Origin: an uncultured Acidimicrobiales bacterium
Lineage (GTDB): Bacteria > Actinomycetota > Acidimicrobiia > Acidimicrobiales > UBA10347
Direction of reading: 5' to 3'
DNA: 64,000 nt
Assembly: GCA_963925805.1 (NCBI GenBank)
Contig: CAWUSE010000022.1
Location: forward strand, 40,740-104,739
A model generated the notes under the pieces. That model saw nothing but the letters and a program-made list of their open reading frames with translations, did not search any database and had not been told where the DNA came from. Position 1 is the first letter of the stretch. Every line of letters starts with the position of its first letter. Below, in pieces: positions 28,092 through 38,151 of this stretch. A program made the position numbers and the translations under genes.

Positions 28092-29153
28092 TCACTGGTG
28101 GCGGCCTGTGTTGGAGTTTGGCACCCGGTCCTGTGCGCCAGCTAGCCCTGAAACTAAAATTTTGAGCACGTCCTCGAGTGTGATGATCCCGATTGCTTTA
28201 CCGTCGGACATGGCCAGTGCGAAGTGCTGCCTGTGGGCCCGCAACATTTCGAGTGCATCTTCGACTGCCATGCGGTGATCGACGAGAATCAGCCGGCGTT
28301 TGCGATGGGAAGGAAGTGGCTCGGACCAGTTTTTGTCATCGACCGACAAGAGATCCTTTGCGTGGACCCAACCAATCAGGTCGCCAGTGTCGTCGGTCAG
28401 CGCCAACCGACTGTGGCCGCTGGCGGCCATGAGTCGTTCGATGTCGGCGACCGATGCGCTGGCCTGTGCCATGGCCACCTCGGCCAAAGGGACAACCGCG
28501 TTCTCGATCGAAGCTCCACCTAGCTCAAGAGTGTTCGAGAGCAGGGTGAAGTCGTAACCATCTAAGACCCGACCGTCTCTGGCTTCCTCGAGAAGCTTTG
28601 CGAGCTCTTCTGGTGTCTTGGCCGAGGCACGTTCGTTGAGTGCGGTGACACCAAGCGCTCGAAGAATCAAGTTGGCGAGAGTGTTCAGCAGCCACACGAG
28701 CGGGCGGGCTATGCGTACGAAGGTGGCATGGATTGGTGCCAGAGCCATAGAGGTCCGTGGGGCATCGGCCAGTGCAATGTTCTTTGGGACCATTTCGCCG
28801 ATCAGTATGTGCAAGAACGTGACCAACGACAAGGCGACGATAAGTCCAACGGTGTGGCGAGAACCTTCGCCAAGACTGCTCAGAACGGTCTTTTCGAGCA
28901 GTTTTGCGACGGATGGTTCAGCGACAAGACCTAGTGCAATCGAACACATGGTGATGCCTAGCTGGGCGCCAGCAATTTGCGTGTTCAGGTCAGTGATCGC
29001 GGCCAGAGCGGTCCGGGCTCGTTTGTTCCCCTCGCTGGCTTTGTCTTCAAGCTGCGCTCGTTGGGTCGCAATGAGACCGAACTCGATAGCGACAAAAAAC
29101 CCATTGGCGATGAGAAGGAGAAGCGCTACGAGCATCGCTACGCCGGTGCTCAT
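28092..29153 (-). CDS. hemolysin-family CNNM/CBS membrane protein
   Basis: ANGFFVAIEFGL, AQLGITMCS, GEMVPKN, SGHSRL, GIITLEDVL; ATGA overlap with the upstream paralog. Confidence 0.9.
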   Translation of the reverse strand: MSTGVAMLVALLLLIANGFFVAIEFGLIATQRAQLEDKASEGNKRARTALAAITDLNTQIAGAQLGITMCSIALGLVAEPSVAKLLEKTVLSSLGEGSRHTVGLIVALSLVTFLHILIGEMVPKNIALADAPRTSMALAPIHATFVRIARPLVWLLNTLANLILRALGVTALNERASAKTPEELAKLLEEARDGRVLDGYDFTLLSNTLELGGASIENAVVPLAEVAMAQASASVADIERLMAASGHSRLALTDDTGDLIGWVHAKDLLSVDDKNWSEPLPSHRKRRLILVDHRMAVEDALEMLRAHRQHFALAMSDGKAIGIITLEDVLKILVSGLAGAQDRVPNSNTGRHQ

Positions 29154-30466
29154 AGCTCGTCTTCTAACGGCTGGGTGAACAATGCGGTTGCTCGGACCTT
29201 GGCGATGCGCCACCGATCCATCTCGATCACTTCAAAGGACCACGCCCCCCAGCTAAACTGGTCGCCCAACATGGGGATGCGCTGCAACTGATCCAGAGCA
29301 AACCCCGCAACGGTTTCGAAGTCGCCCTCAGGGATAGCGAGTCCAGTGGCTTCTTCCAGTTCGTCGGGATGCATAGCGCCAGCGAGCACGAACTGGCCCT
29401 CGGCTACCTCTTGGACATCGCCAATGGTTCTAGGGTCGTGTTCGTCGTCGATCTCGCCGACGATCTCTTCTACGATGTCTTCGATAGTGACGATGCCGGC
29501 GACGCCGCCATGTTCGTCGAGCACAAAGGCCAGATGGTGGTGATCGCTATACATTTCGTCGAGCAATGAGTCGAGTGCGCGAGCTTCGGGGACAACGAAC
29601 GCTTCGGTCATGCGATCGCTGACGCTGACCATAGAGCGTTGGCCCGGAGCGACACCCAGGGCTGACTTGACGTGAACAACGCCGAGCACATCGTCGGTGT
29701 CATCGCCAATTACGGGAAAGCGTGAGTGGCCTGTCTCGCTCGACAGGCGACATACATCAGCGAGCGTGTGATCGCTCTCGACAACAGTGAGATCGACTCG
29801 TGGCACCAAGATGTCGCCGGCTGATTTCTCGGCGAAGCGGATGGTGCGGGTTAAACGGGTGACGTCTTCGGGGTCGAGCGTGCCCTTCTCGCCCGAAGCG
29901 CGGATTACGAATTCAAGCTCACTCATCGAGGCGATGCCGTGTAGCTCGTCGCTCGGTTCCATGCCTAGTTTCTTCACGATGCTGTCGGCCATGCCGTTCA
30001 CGACCGTGACGATGGGTCGGACGATGAAGCCCCATACTGCGATGCCTCGGGCTAAGAACTTGAGCACCGGGAGTGGTTCGGCGATAGCCACGGTCTTAGG
30101 TACAACCTCGCCGAGTACGACCTGCAAAATATTCGCCAATGCAAAGGTGATGACCACAGTCAGCCAGCTCGATGTGTCTTCGCCAACGATCGGATCGATG
30201 AGGGGGCTGAGTAGCCGGCGGCCAACGGGTGCAGCGAGGAAGCCGAAGATCAACGACGAGATCGTGATGCCGACCTGAGCAGCAGAAAGGTGGAACGAAA
30301 GCTCGGCGAGCAACTTCTGCACTGTCGGCCAAGGCTTCCTTGCCTCGGATGCATGCACCGCAACTTGAGCGCGGTCAACCGCGACCAAGGCGAACTCGTC
30401 GGCAACGAAGAACGCGTTGGCACCGATTAGGACGATGACAGCAATAAGAGACAGGGCGGTGCTCAA
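29150..30466 (-). CDS. hemolysin-family CNNM/CBS/CorC-HlyC protein
   Basis: ANAFFVADEFAL, GEVVPK, GHSRFPV, DEHGGVAGIVTIEDIVEEIVGEIDDEHD, CorC domain. Confidence 0.92.
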   Translation of the reverse strand: MSTALSLIAVIVLIGANAFFVADEFALVAVDRAQVAVHASEARKPWPTVQKLLAELSFHLSAAQVGITISSLIFGFLAAPVGRRLLSPLIDPIVGEDTSSWLTVVITFALANILQVVLGEVVPKTVAIAEPLPVLKFLARGIAVWGFIVRPIVTVVNGMADSIVKKLGMEPSDELHGIASMSELEFVIRASGEKGTLDPEDVTRLTRTIRFAEKSAGDILVPRVDLTVVESDHTLADVCRLSSETGHSRFPVIGDDTDDVLGVVHVKSALGVAPGQRSMVSVSDRMTEAFVVPEARALDSLLDEMYSDHHHLAFVLDEHGGVAGIVTIEDIVEEIVGEIDDEHDPRTIGDVQEVAEGQFVLAGAMHPDELEEATGLAIPEGDFETVAGFALDQLQRIPMLGDQFSWGAWSFEVIEMDRWRIAKVRATALFTQPLEDEL

Positions 30467-30560
30467 GAGAAGGCAGAGTGTAGATCTTCGTCGTAGCTGT
30501 CACGTTCTTCTTGACCACAACCGCGACCGGCGGTCGAGCTCGGCGATGTAACCTGGGCCG

Positions 30561-31841
30561 ATGCGTATGCGGCTCATGTTGGCTGTGGTGGCCGTGAGCC
30601 TGCTTTTGGTAACACCTGTCGACGCTCAAACGGACATGGACCGGGCCCGGCGCAACGTGACCGCGGTGACCGAACGGCTTGAGTCGTTCCTCGAAGACCT
30701 GGACGCGACGCAGCGACGTGGCAATGAATTTGCAGGCCGGTACTGGCAGGTCCAAAGTGGCTTGGAAAAGCTGGACCTCGAGGTAGAAGCGACGCTGGCC
30801 TCTGCGGCGATGCTGGAGGTGGAGGTCGCAGATCTTCGCAACCAGGTAAAGATCATCGCAGTAGACCAATACATGAGCCAGGTCGATGATCTCAACGTTG
30901 GCAGCCACGGAAGCGAAGCTGACAGAGCGGCATCTGCGGCGCTCGCTCGCCTGGTTGTTGGCATTGATAATCAGGCGATCGACAAACTCGCCGCCGTGGG
31001 AGTCAAAGCAGACCGAGTCAGCGAAGAGCTCATGGCCCAGCGAGAAGAACAGGAAGCGACCCTCGCCGAAGTCGAAGCGACGCAGCAGTCAATCGCCAAC
31101 GAACTCGAACGGCTTGCGTTACTTCGACAAGCGGTCGTGGTCGAACTCGTTGAGCTCAAAGAGGCCCTCGCTGTCATGGAACGGGCCGAGGCGGATCGTC
31201 GCGGGGTTGAAGCCGAGAAAGAACGCATTGCAGAGGAACGTCGCCGGGCCCAAGCAGCGGCAACAGCCGCAGCTGTGCTGGCTCGTCAGATTCCAACCCC
31301 AACCCCAGCCCCATCGCCAACGGTCGCCGTGGTTGCTGCTCGGTTACCAGATCCGACGGCGACTGTGGTGCCGAATTCTCCGTTGCCCGATCCGACACCC
31401 ACAGTGACGGTGGCGAACCCACAACCGAATACGCCGCTGCCAACAGGTGACGGCATCGTGTGCCCGCTCGCAGGTCCATTCACCCATGTTGATGACTTCA
31501 ATGCGCCTCGCTCCGTCGGCGGTGTACACCGGGCCAACGACCTGATCTCGGCGCAGGGCACGCCAGTACTCGCTGCAGCCTCCGGAACAATCGAACATCG
31601 AAACAGCAGTGTCGGAGGCTTGTCTGCCCATCTCAGAGGCGACAACGGTGACTACTATTTTTACACGCACCTGTTGGGCTACGAGAATGTCGGGGTGGGT
31701 TATGTAGCGGCTGGAACCGTTATTGGATACGTCGGGATGACAGGCAACGCTCCAATTCCGCACCTTCACTTTGAGATCCACTCGGGTGGTTATGGAAACT
31801 ATTCAAACCCATATGAGCGCGTTCGCGAGGCGTGTTTTTAG
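30561..31841 (+). CDS. secreted M23 family peptidoglycan endopeptidase with coiled coil
   Basis: Signal peptide, long coiled coil, Pro/Thr linker, HRAND (HxxxD), YTHL, PHLHFEIH. Confidence 0.9.
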   Translation: MRMRLMLAVVAVSLLLVTPVDAQTDMDRARRNVTAVTERLESFLEDLDATQRRGNEFAGRYWQVQSGLEKLDLEVEATLASAAMLEVEVADLRNQVKIIAVDQYMSQVDDLNVGSHGSEADRAASAALARLVVGIDNQAIDKLAAVGVKADRVSEELMAQREEQEATLAEVEATQQSIANELERLALLRQAVVVELVELKEALAVMERAEADRRGVEAEKERIAEERRRAQAAATAAAVLARQIPTPTPAPSPTVAVVAARLPDPTATVVPNSPLPDPTPTVTVANPQPNTPLPTGDGIVCPLAGPFTHVDDFNAPRSVGGVHRANDLISAQGTPVLAAASGTIEHRNSSVGGLSAHLRGDNGDYYFYTHLLGYENVGVGYVAAGTVIGYVGMTGNAPIPHLHFEIHSGGYGNYSNPYERVREACF

Positions 31842-31933
31842 GACATCATTGAGGAATGGCTGTCGTATGCCGAGATGGCGCATCTGACCGGCGCAGAGCG
31901 ATTGGCTTACGCCCGGTTTGTTAGCTTCTGTCG

Positions 31934-32701
31934 TTAGAAGCCGGTGGCGTGGAAGCCGCCGTCGACGTGCACGATTTCACCGGTAGTGGCGGTGAAAAAA
32001 TCGCTGAGCATAGCGACGGTGGTGCGAGCGACAGGTTCGGTGTTGTTTTGATCCCAACCCAGCGGGGCTCGATCGGTCCATGCTTCTTCAAGATCACTGA
32101 ATCCAGGGATCGACTTGGCGGCGATCGAACGAATCGGCCCAGCTGAAACCAGATTGACTCGAATCCCCTGTGATCCCAGGTTCTTTGCTAGGTATCGCGA
32201 GGTGGATTCGAATGCCGCCTTTGCAACACCCATCCAGTTGTACGCGGGCCACGCCACGCTGGCGTCGAAGTCCATGCCTACGATGGACCCGCCGTTCGGC
32301 ATAAGCGGCACCACGACCTCGGCCAGTGTCTTGAGTGAGTAGGCCGAGATCTCGAGAGCAACCGAAACGTCTTCCCATGGTGCATCCATGAACTCGCCGC
32401 CCAGGCACGACTCGGGAGCGAAGCCAATGGCATGGACAGCCCCGTCGATAGTGCCGTAGTCATCGGCCAGCGTTTTGCTCAGGTTCTGCACCTGTTCTGG
32501 GTCGGTGACGTCGAATTCAAACACGGGCGGTTCACTGTCGAGCTTGCGGGCGGTGCGCTTGGTCAAGCTCAACCCGCGGCCAGCGCCGGTCAAGATGACC
32601 TCGGCTCCTTCCTGCTGGGCAGTCTTTGCAACCCCAAACGCAATCGAGGAGTCGGTGAGGACGCCCGTCACAAGAATTCGTTTACCGTCAAGAATGCCCA
32701 T
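31934..32701 (-). CDS. fabI: enoyl-ACP reductase FabI (InhA-type)
   Basis: ILVTGVLTDSSIAF, HAIGFAP, AWPAYNWMGVAK, NLVSAGPIRSIAA. Confidence 0.95.
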   Translation of the reverse strand: MGILDGKRILVTGVLTDSSIAFGVAKTAQQEGAEVILTGAGRGLSLTKRTARKLDSEPPVFEFDVTDPEQVQNLSKTLADDYGTIDGAVHAIGFAPESCLGGEFMDAPWEDVSVALEISAYSLKTLAEVVVPLMPNGGSIVGMDFDASVAWPAYNWMGVAKAAFESTSRYLAKNLGSQGIRVNLVSAGPIRSIAAKSIPGFSDLEEAWTDRAPLGWDQNNTEPVARTTVAMLSDFFTATTGEIVHVDGGFHATGF

Positions 32702-32806
32702 AGTGCGATCTAATCTAGTGCGTGGGACAACTCTGCAACGGCAAGTCGGTTGTTCGGCCCACTGGCCACTACTCTTGCTGTCGTGGTTAGCACCGAACAG
32801 TCGTCA

Positions 32807-33922
32807 ATGATGCTCTATGACACGAAGGCGCGGGCCGTGATCCCGTTCGAGCCTGGACCGATAGCGACGATGTACACATGTGGCATTACGCCCTACGACT
32901 CGTCGCATCTGGGCCACGCAACCGCGTACTTGACGTACGACGTCTTGCAGCGGCGGTTACGTGACCGAGGCCACGAGACTCGTTGCGTGCGCAACTACAC
33001 CGACGTCGACGACGATATTTTGCGCAAGGCACGCGAGCTCGGGGTTCACTACCTTGACCTGGCCGCAAGCCAGATAGCGGTATTCGATCGCGATATGACC
33101 GCACTTGGTCTCATTGAGCCCTACAGCGCTCCTCGGGCCACGTCGGCAATTGCCGACATCCGACGTTTGATCGGTCAAGTCCTCGACAACGGCCACGCCT
33201 ATCAGGCCGGCGGTGCCGTGTACTTCAGCGTCAGTACTTTTGACGGCTTCGGCAGCGTCAGCGGTTATGACCGTGAAAAAATGCTCGAGCTTGCTGCCGA
33301 ACACGGAGGCAATCCAGGTGATCCAAACAAACGCGATCCGCTCGACTTCATTCTGTGGCAGCCGTCAGCACCCGACGAACCCGCATGGGACTCCCTTTGG
33401 GGTCCGGGTCGGCCGGGATGGCACATCGAGTGCTCGGCGCTGGCAATGCGTGAACTCGACAGCCCAACGATTGATCTGCACGGCGGCGGTAGCGACCTAG
33501 TTTTCCCACACCACGAATGTGAATCGGCCCAAAGCGAGGCTGCCTCCGGGGAACCGTTCGTCACCCATTGGATGCATCAGGCCATGGTGCGCATGGACGG
33601 CGAAAAGATGAGTAAGTCGCTGGGAAACCTGGTCTTCGTGCATGATCTGCTCGACGAAGGCTACGAGGCTGGCGCTATCCGTCTCGGGGTGCTCAAGCAT
33701 CACTACCGTGACGAATGGTCATGGAGCAATTCGCTGATGCCCGACGCTGCGCAGCAGCTTAAGCATTGGAAGGCTGCCGGCGAAGGGGATGCTGGCCTTG
33801 CCCAGGTGCGCGCTGCACTCGACAACGATTTGGATACGCCAGCTGCGGTAGCAGCGATTGATACGGCAGCCGAGACCGGGGGCGTTTCTCAAGCGGCCGC
33901 GCTGCTCGGGATCTTGTTTTAG
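32807..33922 (+). CDS. mshC: cysteine--GlcN-Ins ligase MshC (mycothiol biosynthesis; CysRS paralog)
   Basis: CGITPYDSSHLGH, EHGGNPGDPNKRDPLDF (ERGGDP-like), GRPGWHIECS, KMSKS; ~371 aa without an anticodon-binding domain. Confidence 0.8.
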   Translation: MMLYDTKARAVIPFEPGPIATMYTCGITPYDSSHLGHATAYLTYDVLQRRLRDRGHETRCVRNYTDVDDDILRKARELGVHYLDLAASQIAVFDRDMTALGLIEPYSAPRATSAIADIRRLIGQVLDNGHAYQAGGAVYFSVSTFDGFGSVSGYDREKMLELAAEHGGNPGDPNKRDPLDFILWQPSAPDEPAWDSLWGPGRPGWHIECSALAMRELDSPTIDLHGGGSDLVFPHHECESAQSEAASGEPFVTHWMHQAMVRMDGEKMSKSLGNLVFVHDLLDEGYEAGAIRLGVLKHHYRDEWSWSNSLMPDAAQQLKHWKAAGEGDAGLAQVRAALDNDLDTPAAVAAIDTAAETGGVSQAAALLGILF

Positions 33923-34315
33923 CGGGCTCCGTTGTTCAGACGTCGTGCGCGTCAGTAGCCGAGCGGGCCTATTTTTGGCGGATGTTCGACCTGAGGATCA
34001 TCGGCCTGGAGTACTTGTTGGCCGGCGGGCCGGCAACATTGTCGGCAATTACCCGTCGGTGCTTGACTCGGCCACGATCAGTTGCAGGCAACCACTCCAC
34101 GCCGATAAGCACGGCGATCAGGGCAGCGACCCTATAGCGTTCCGCAACCGACCTCTTGAACACATGACTCGCCACTGAACCGCGGCTTCGCTTCGCTCGG
34201 CATGCACTGCGGGTCGGGTGTAACGCAACCTGCAAGCGCTCGATTGTCGGAGTAGCTGGGACGGGAGTGGAAAGACGGCTGGCGAGCGGGGGGTGGGCCT
34301 GTAGGCTCAACGGCT

Positions 34316-36277
34316 ATGTCGAGCATTGTTGTTCAGCTTCCTGACGGGTCCGAGCGAGAGCTTCCCACAGGTGCCACCGCAGCCGACCTGGCTGCCGATA
34401 TCGGTCCTGGCTTAGCCAAGGCGGCGTTAATCGCCACCGTCGACGGCCAGGAACGAGACCTGAACACTGAGTTGACTAGCGGCGCCGTCGTGGCGCTTAT
34501 CACCGACTCGTCTGACGCAGGTCTCGAGACGATTCGCCACTCGACGTCACACGTGCTGGCTCAGGCGGTGCTGGAGCTATGGTCTGGCGCCACGTTTGCG
34601 ATCGGCCCACCGATCGAACATGGCTTCTACTACGACTTCGAACTTCCTGAGGGTGCCACGTTCACCGACGAAGACCTTGACCGTATCGACACCAAGATGC
34701 GCGACATCATCGCTGCGGACCAGCCGTTCATCCGCGGCGAGGTCAGTGCTGCCAAAGGTCTTGAGATGTTCGCCGACCACAAGTACAAGCGCGAGACCAT
34801 CGAACGCGTCACCGGTGCCGAAGACACTGAACTGGCCACCGAGGTCGGGTCCGACGGCACCGTAAGCTATTACCGCAACAGCGACAGCTTCGTCGACCTA
34901 TGCCTGGGTCCTCATGTTCCAAGTACCGGGCGTCTTGGTCACTTCAAGCTCATGTCGGTTGCGGGTGCGTACTGGCGTGGTCGCGAAAACGAGCCGATGC
35001 TGCAACGGATCTATGGCACGGCATGGTCATCGAAGAAGCAGCTGAAGCAGCACCTTCATCGTCTTGAAGAAGCCGCCAAGCGTGATCACCGCAAGCTTGC
35101 CAACGAACTCGATTTGGTGTCATGGCCACAAGAGCTCGGGCCTGGCTTGGCGGTCTGGCATCCAAAGGGCGCTCTCGTTCGCAAGATCATCGAGGACTAC
35201 AGCCGAGACCGTCACGAAAATGGCGGCTATCAGTTTGCGTTCTCACCTCATATTGCCAAGGCAAACCTGTGGGAGACCAGCGGGCATCTCGATTTTTACG
35301 CCGACAGCATGTACCCGCCGATGGAACTCGACGGGGCCACGTATTACCCCAAGCCAATGAACTGTCCTTTCCATGTGATGATCTACAAGTCGTCACAGCG
35401 CAGTTATCGCGATCTTCCGATGCGGATCTTCGAACTGGGCACTGTCTATCGCTACGAGCTCAGTGGGGCGATTCACGGTCTGTTGCGCAGCCGTGGCTTC
35501 ACCCAGGACGACAGCCATATCTTCTGCACACGCGAAGATATGCAGAGCGAACTCGCATCACTTCTCACGTTCGTGCTGTCGGTCCTCAAGGCATTCGGCT
35601 TCGACGATTTCCAGGCCAAGCTTTCGACTCGTCCACCTGAAAAATCTGTAGGCGACGACGAAATTTGGGAGGCAGCCACCGAGGGCCTGCGAGCTGCACT
35701 CGACACCGCCGGACTCGACTACATCGTCGAGGAAGGTGGGGGTGCGTTCTACGGCCCCAAGATCGACGTCGATGTCAAGGATGCCATCGGGCGGGATTGG
35801 CAGCTCTCGACGATTCAGGCGGACTTCAATTTGCCCGAACGTTTCGACCTTGAATATGTGGCCAGTGACGGCGAACGTAAACGCCCAGTCATGATTCACC
35901 GAGCGCTATTTGGAAGCGTTGAGCGTTTCTTCGGTGTACTGCTCGAGCACTACGCAGGTGCGTTCCCCGTATGGCTCGCCCCAATGCAGGTGCAGGTTCT
36001 CCCGGTTGCCGCAGCACATGATGACTATGCTTTCGAAGTCGCAGCACAGCTGAAGAGCGGCGGTTATCGCGTCGAGGTTATTGCAGCGACCGATCCGTTG
36101 GGCAAGCGAGTCCGCGCGGGCAAGACAGCCAAACTGCCCTACGTGCTCGTCGTCGGCGACGACGATGCAGCCAACGGCACCGTTGGTGTCAACGCCCGAG
36201 GCCAAGAAGTCGAGCGTGACGTCAAAGTTGAAGACTTCCAGGCTCGCCTGGCCGACGACGTGCTCACCCACGCGTAG
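34316..36277 (+). CDS. thrS: threonine--tRNA ligase
   Basis: TGS domain, HSTSH and DLCLGPH editing motifs, RDHRKL, KPMNCPFH, GAFYGPKID, MIHRA. Confidence 0.98.
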   Translation: MSSIVVQLPDGSERELPTGATAADLAADIGPGLAKAALIATVDGQERDLNTELTSGAVVALITDSSDAGLETIRHSTSHVLAQAVLELWSGATFAIGPPIEHGFYYDFELPEGATFTDEDLDRIDTKMRDIIAADQPFIRGEVSAAKGLEMFADHKYKRETIERVTGAEDTELATEVGSDGTVSYYRNSDSFVDLCLGPHVPSTGRLGHFKLMSVAGAYWRGRENEPMLQRIYGTAWSSKKQLKQHLHRLEEAAKRDHRKLANELDLVSWPQELGPGLAVWHPKGALVRKIIEDYSRDRHENGGYQFAFSPHIAKANLWETSGHLDFYADSMYPPMELDGATYYPKPMNCPFHVMIYKSSQRSYRDLPMRIFELGTVYRYELSGAIHGLLRSRGFTQDDSHIFCTREDMQSELASLLTFVLSVLKAFGFDDFQAKLSTRPPEKSVGDDEIWEAATEGLRAALDTAGLDYIVEEGGGAFYGPKIDVDVKDAIGRDWQLSTIQADFNLPERFDLEYVASDGERKRPVMIHRALFGSVERFFGVLLEHYAGAFPVWLAPMQVQVLPVAAAHDDYAFEVAAQLKSGGYRVEVIAATDPLGKRVRAGKTAKLPYVLVVGDDDAANGTVGVNARGQEVERDVKVEDFQARLADDVLTHA

Positions 36278-36285
36278 GTCGCAAC

Positions 36286-36789
36286 ATGCTCGAACGATTG
36301 TGGGCCGGTTGGCGCATCGCCTTCCTCGAAGGCAAGAACGTGCCCGACAATGTTCCTGCCGAGGCCGAAGGCACGCTCTTCGAGCGGATTTTGGCGTCAG
36401 ACGACGATGAAGCTGCTGCGATAATTCATCGTGGCACGCTCGTCTCCGTCATCCTGAACATCTATCCCTATGGCAGCGGTCACATGCTGGTCGTGCCCAA
36501 CCGGGGTGTTGAAAAGCTCAGCCAGCTGTCGACTGGCGAGTCCCGCGAGTTGTGGGACACCGTGCAGCATGCGGTCGGTGTCGCTGAGACGGTCTATCGA
36601 CCAAGTGGGATAAACGTCGGACTGAACCAGGGGCGAGCTGGCGGTGCCAGTGTGCCCGACCACCTCCATGTGCACGTGCTGCCCCGCTGGGAAGCCGATA
36701 CCAACTTCATGACCGCCATCGCCGAAACTCGCGTCTTGCCGGAGCCCCTTGAAGAATCGATCCGTAAACTTCGCGCTGGCTGGGAGTAG
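36286..36789 (+). CDS. HIT domain protein (Ap4A phosphorylase Rv2613c-like)
   Basis: LERLWAGWR, NIYPYGSGH, HLHVHVLPRW; canonical position after thrS. Confidence 0.92.
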   Translation: MLERLWAGWRIAFLEGKNVPDNVPAEAEGTLFERILASDDDEAAAIIHRGTLVSVILNIYPYGSGHMLVVPNRGVEKLSQLSTGESRELWDTVQHAVGVAETVYRPSGINVGLNQGRAGGASVPDHLHVHVLPRWEADTNFMTAIAETRVLPEPLEESIRKLRAGWE

Positions 36790-37629
36790 TCCGGACTCGT
36801 TGTTACGCGATGAATCAGCCCAGGCTGAGATCGAAAATTATTGCTCATTGTCGAATGAATGCAGGTGCGAATGAATAGTGGCTCGCTGAGTTCGAGGCCG
36901 CTGTCGTCCAACGTGTCTCTTTCGACAGTGCGGGCTGCAGCAATGATGTAGGCGAGCGGTCTCAGTACTTCGGAACGAGAGTCAGAATTGCATCGCTCGA
37001 AGCCGTAGTTAGTCACTCCTGGGTTGACCATGATTGTCGGTAGAAGATGAGTCGCGACTGCTGGTCGGAGCGACACCTTTCGCCATCGATGTTCCCGCGC
37101 AAGAAATAGACGATGTTGTACTCCGAATTGGCCCTCTGCGGCCGTTGCATTCGAGAAGAAAAAAGGGTCACTTCGCACGAATCGTGAGACACGGTGTTGT
37201 TGGGGCTAAAGCGACTGTCGAGGCGGAAGCAACTATAGAGAAGAGCGAAGGGTGACTGTTCACCGGCTACCTCGGTCAAATGATGAAAGCCTGTAGCGCG
37301 ACGGTGGACCAGTTCAGCGATCTCGGGAGAAGCGCCAAGAGCTCGATTTCGCGTAAGAACTCGGCACCTTTGCCAAATGACTCGGTGTGTACACGGGCAA
37401 TCGTTACGCGGCCCTGAACGATGTCTGACAGCGCTTCATCAAGCTGTCCCGCATCGATGGCAGCGGCCAAAGTAGGTGTTTTGAGTGTCTTCTAGTTCGT
37501 CCACCGAAGCCTAATACTTGATTCTCTCGCTGTTTAGGAACAGGCTTCAACAGTGCCACAGCCTCACAAGTCACCAGGTAGTCCAAGGACAATCGCCGCT
37601 GGCGCCGTTACAAGCAATAACGTGACGGT

Positions 37630-38151
37630 GTGAGCGAAGCGAACGAGGCCGAGACCGAGACACTAGATGGCGGCGACGTCCGAGATGAGTTGCCCGAGGA
37701 CCTGAATGCCAGCGAATTCGTTGGCCCATACATGTTCCCGAACAACAATCGTCGGCGTATCCCCGGTGTTCTCTACATCGTCATCGGCACTATCTTTGTG
37801 TTACTCCATCTGCTCGTCGGTGACTCACCAATGGTGAATGCGGGCTGGGCATGGGGTGGCGGTGCTTTGATCGTCATTGGCCTGTACAACCTGGTCGCTG
37901 GGTGGAATTTGAACATCGACGAAAATGATGCACTGGTAGAAGCGACCCGCGCTGTTGGCTTCCCGGTAGGTCACGCGTCAGCTCAACTTGGTTGGCGAGG
38001 CTGGTTCAGCCGCCCCACATGGCGCATCCTGTTGTACTCAAACGAGCCGCAACCCGACAAGCGTGGTCTCGTGCTCATCGACGGCAATGACGGCGAAGTC
38101 CTCGACACGATTGTCGAGAACAACCCTGAAGACTGGAGCCAGTATGTTTGA
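37630..38151 (+). CDS. hypothetical membrane protein (2 TM, PepSY-like C-terminal hairpin)
   Basis: Coding-like codon usage, TAACGT-N6-GTG start, two TM segments, VLIDGNDGEVL; overlaps the pgsA start by 8 nt. Confidence 0.82.
   Translation: MSEANEAETETLDGGDVRDELPEDLNASEFVGPYMFPNNNRRRIPGVLYIVIGTIFVLLHLLVGDSPMVNAGWAWGGGALIVIGLYNLVAGWNLNIDENDALVEATRAVGFPVGHASAQLGWRGWFSRPTWRILLYSNEPQPDKRGLVLIDGNDGEVLDTIVENNPEDWSQYV

Noticed and set aside
32807-33922. Annotation as cysS
   Set aside because: Motifs and the missing anticodon-binding domain fit MshC better.
33923-34315. T-box or attenuator upstream of thrS
   Set aside because: No T-box (GGTGGNACCGCG) or specifier-loop motifs, and thrS has TAGGCT-N8-ATG, so it is probably leaderless. 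The 113-aa minus ORF here has no recognisable motif.
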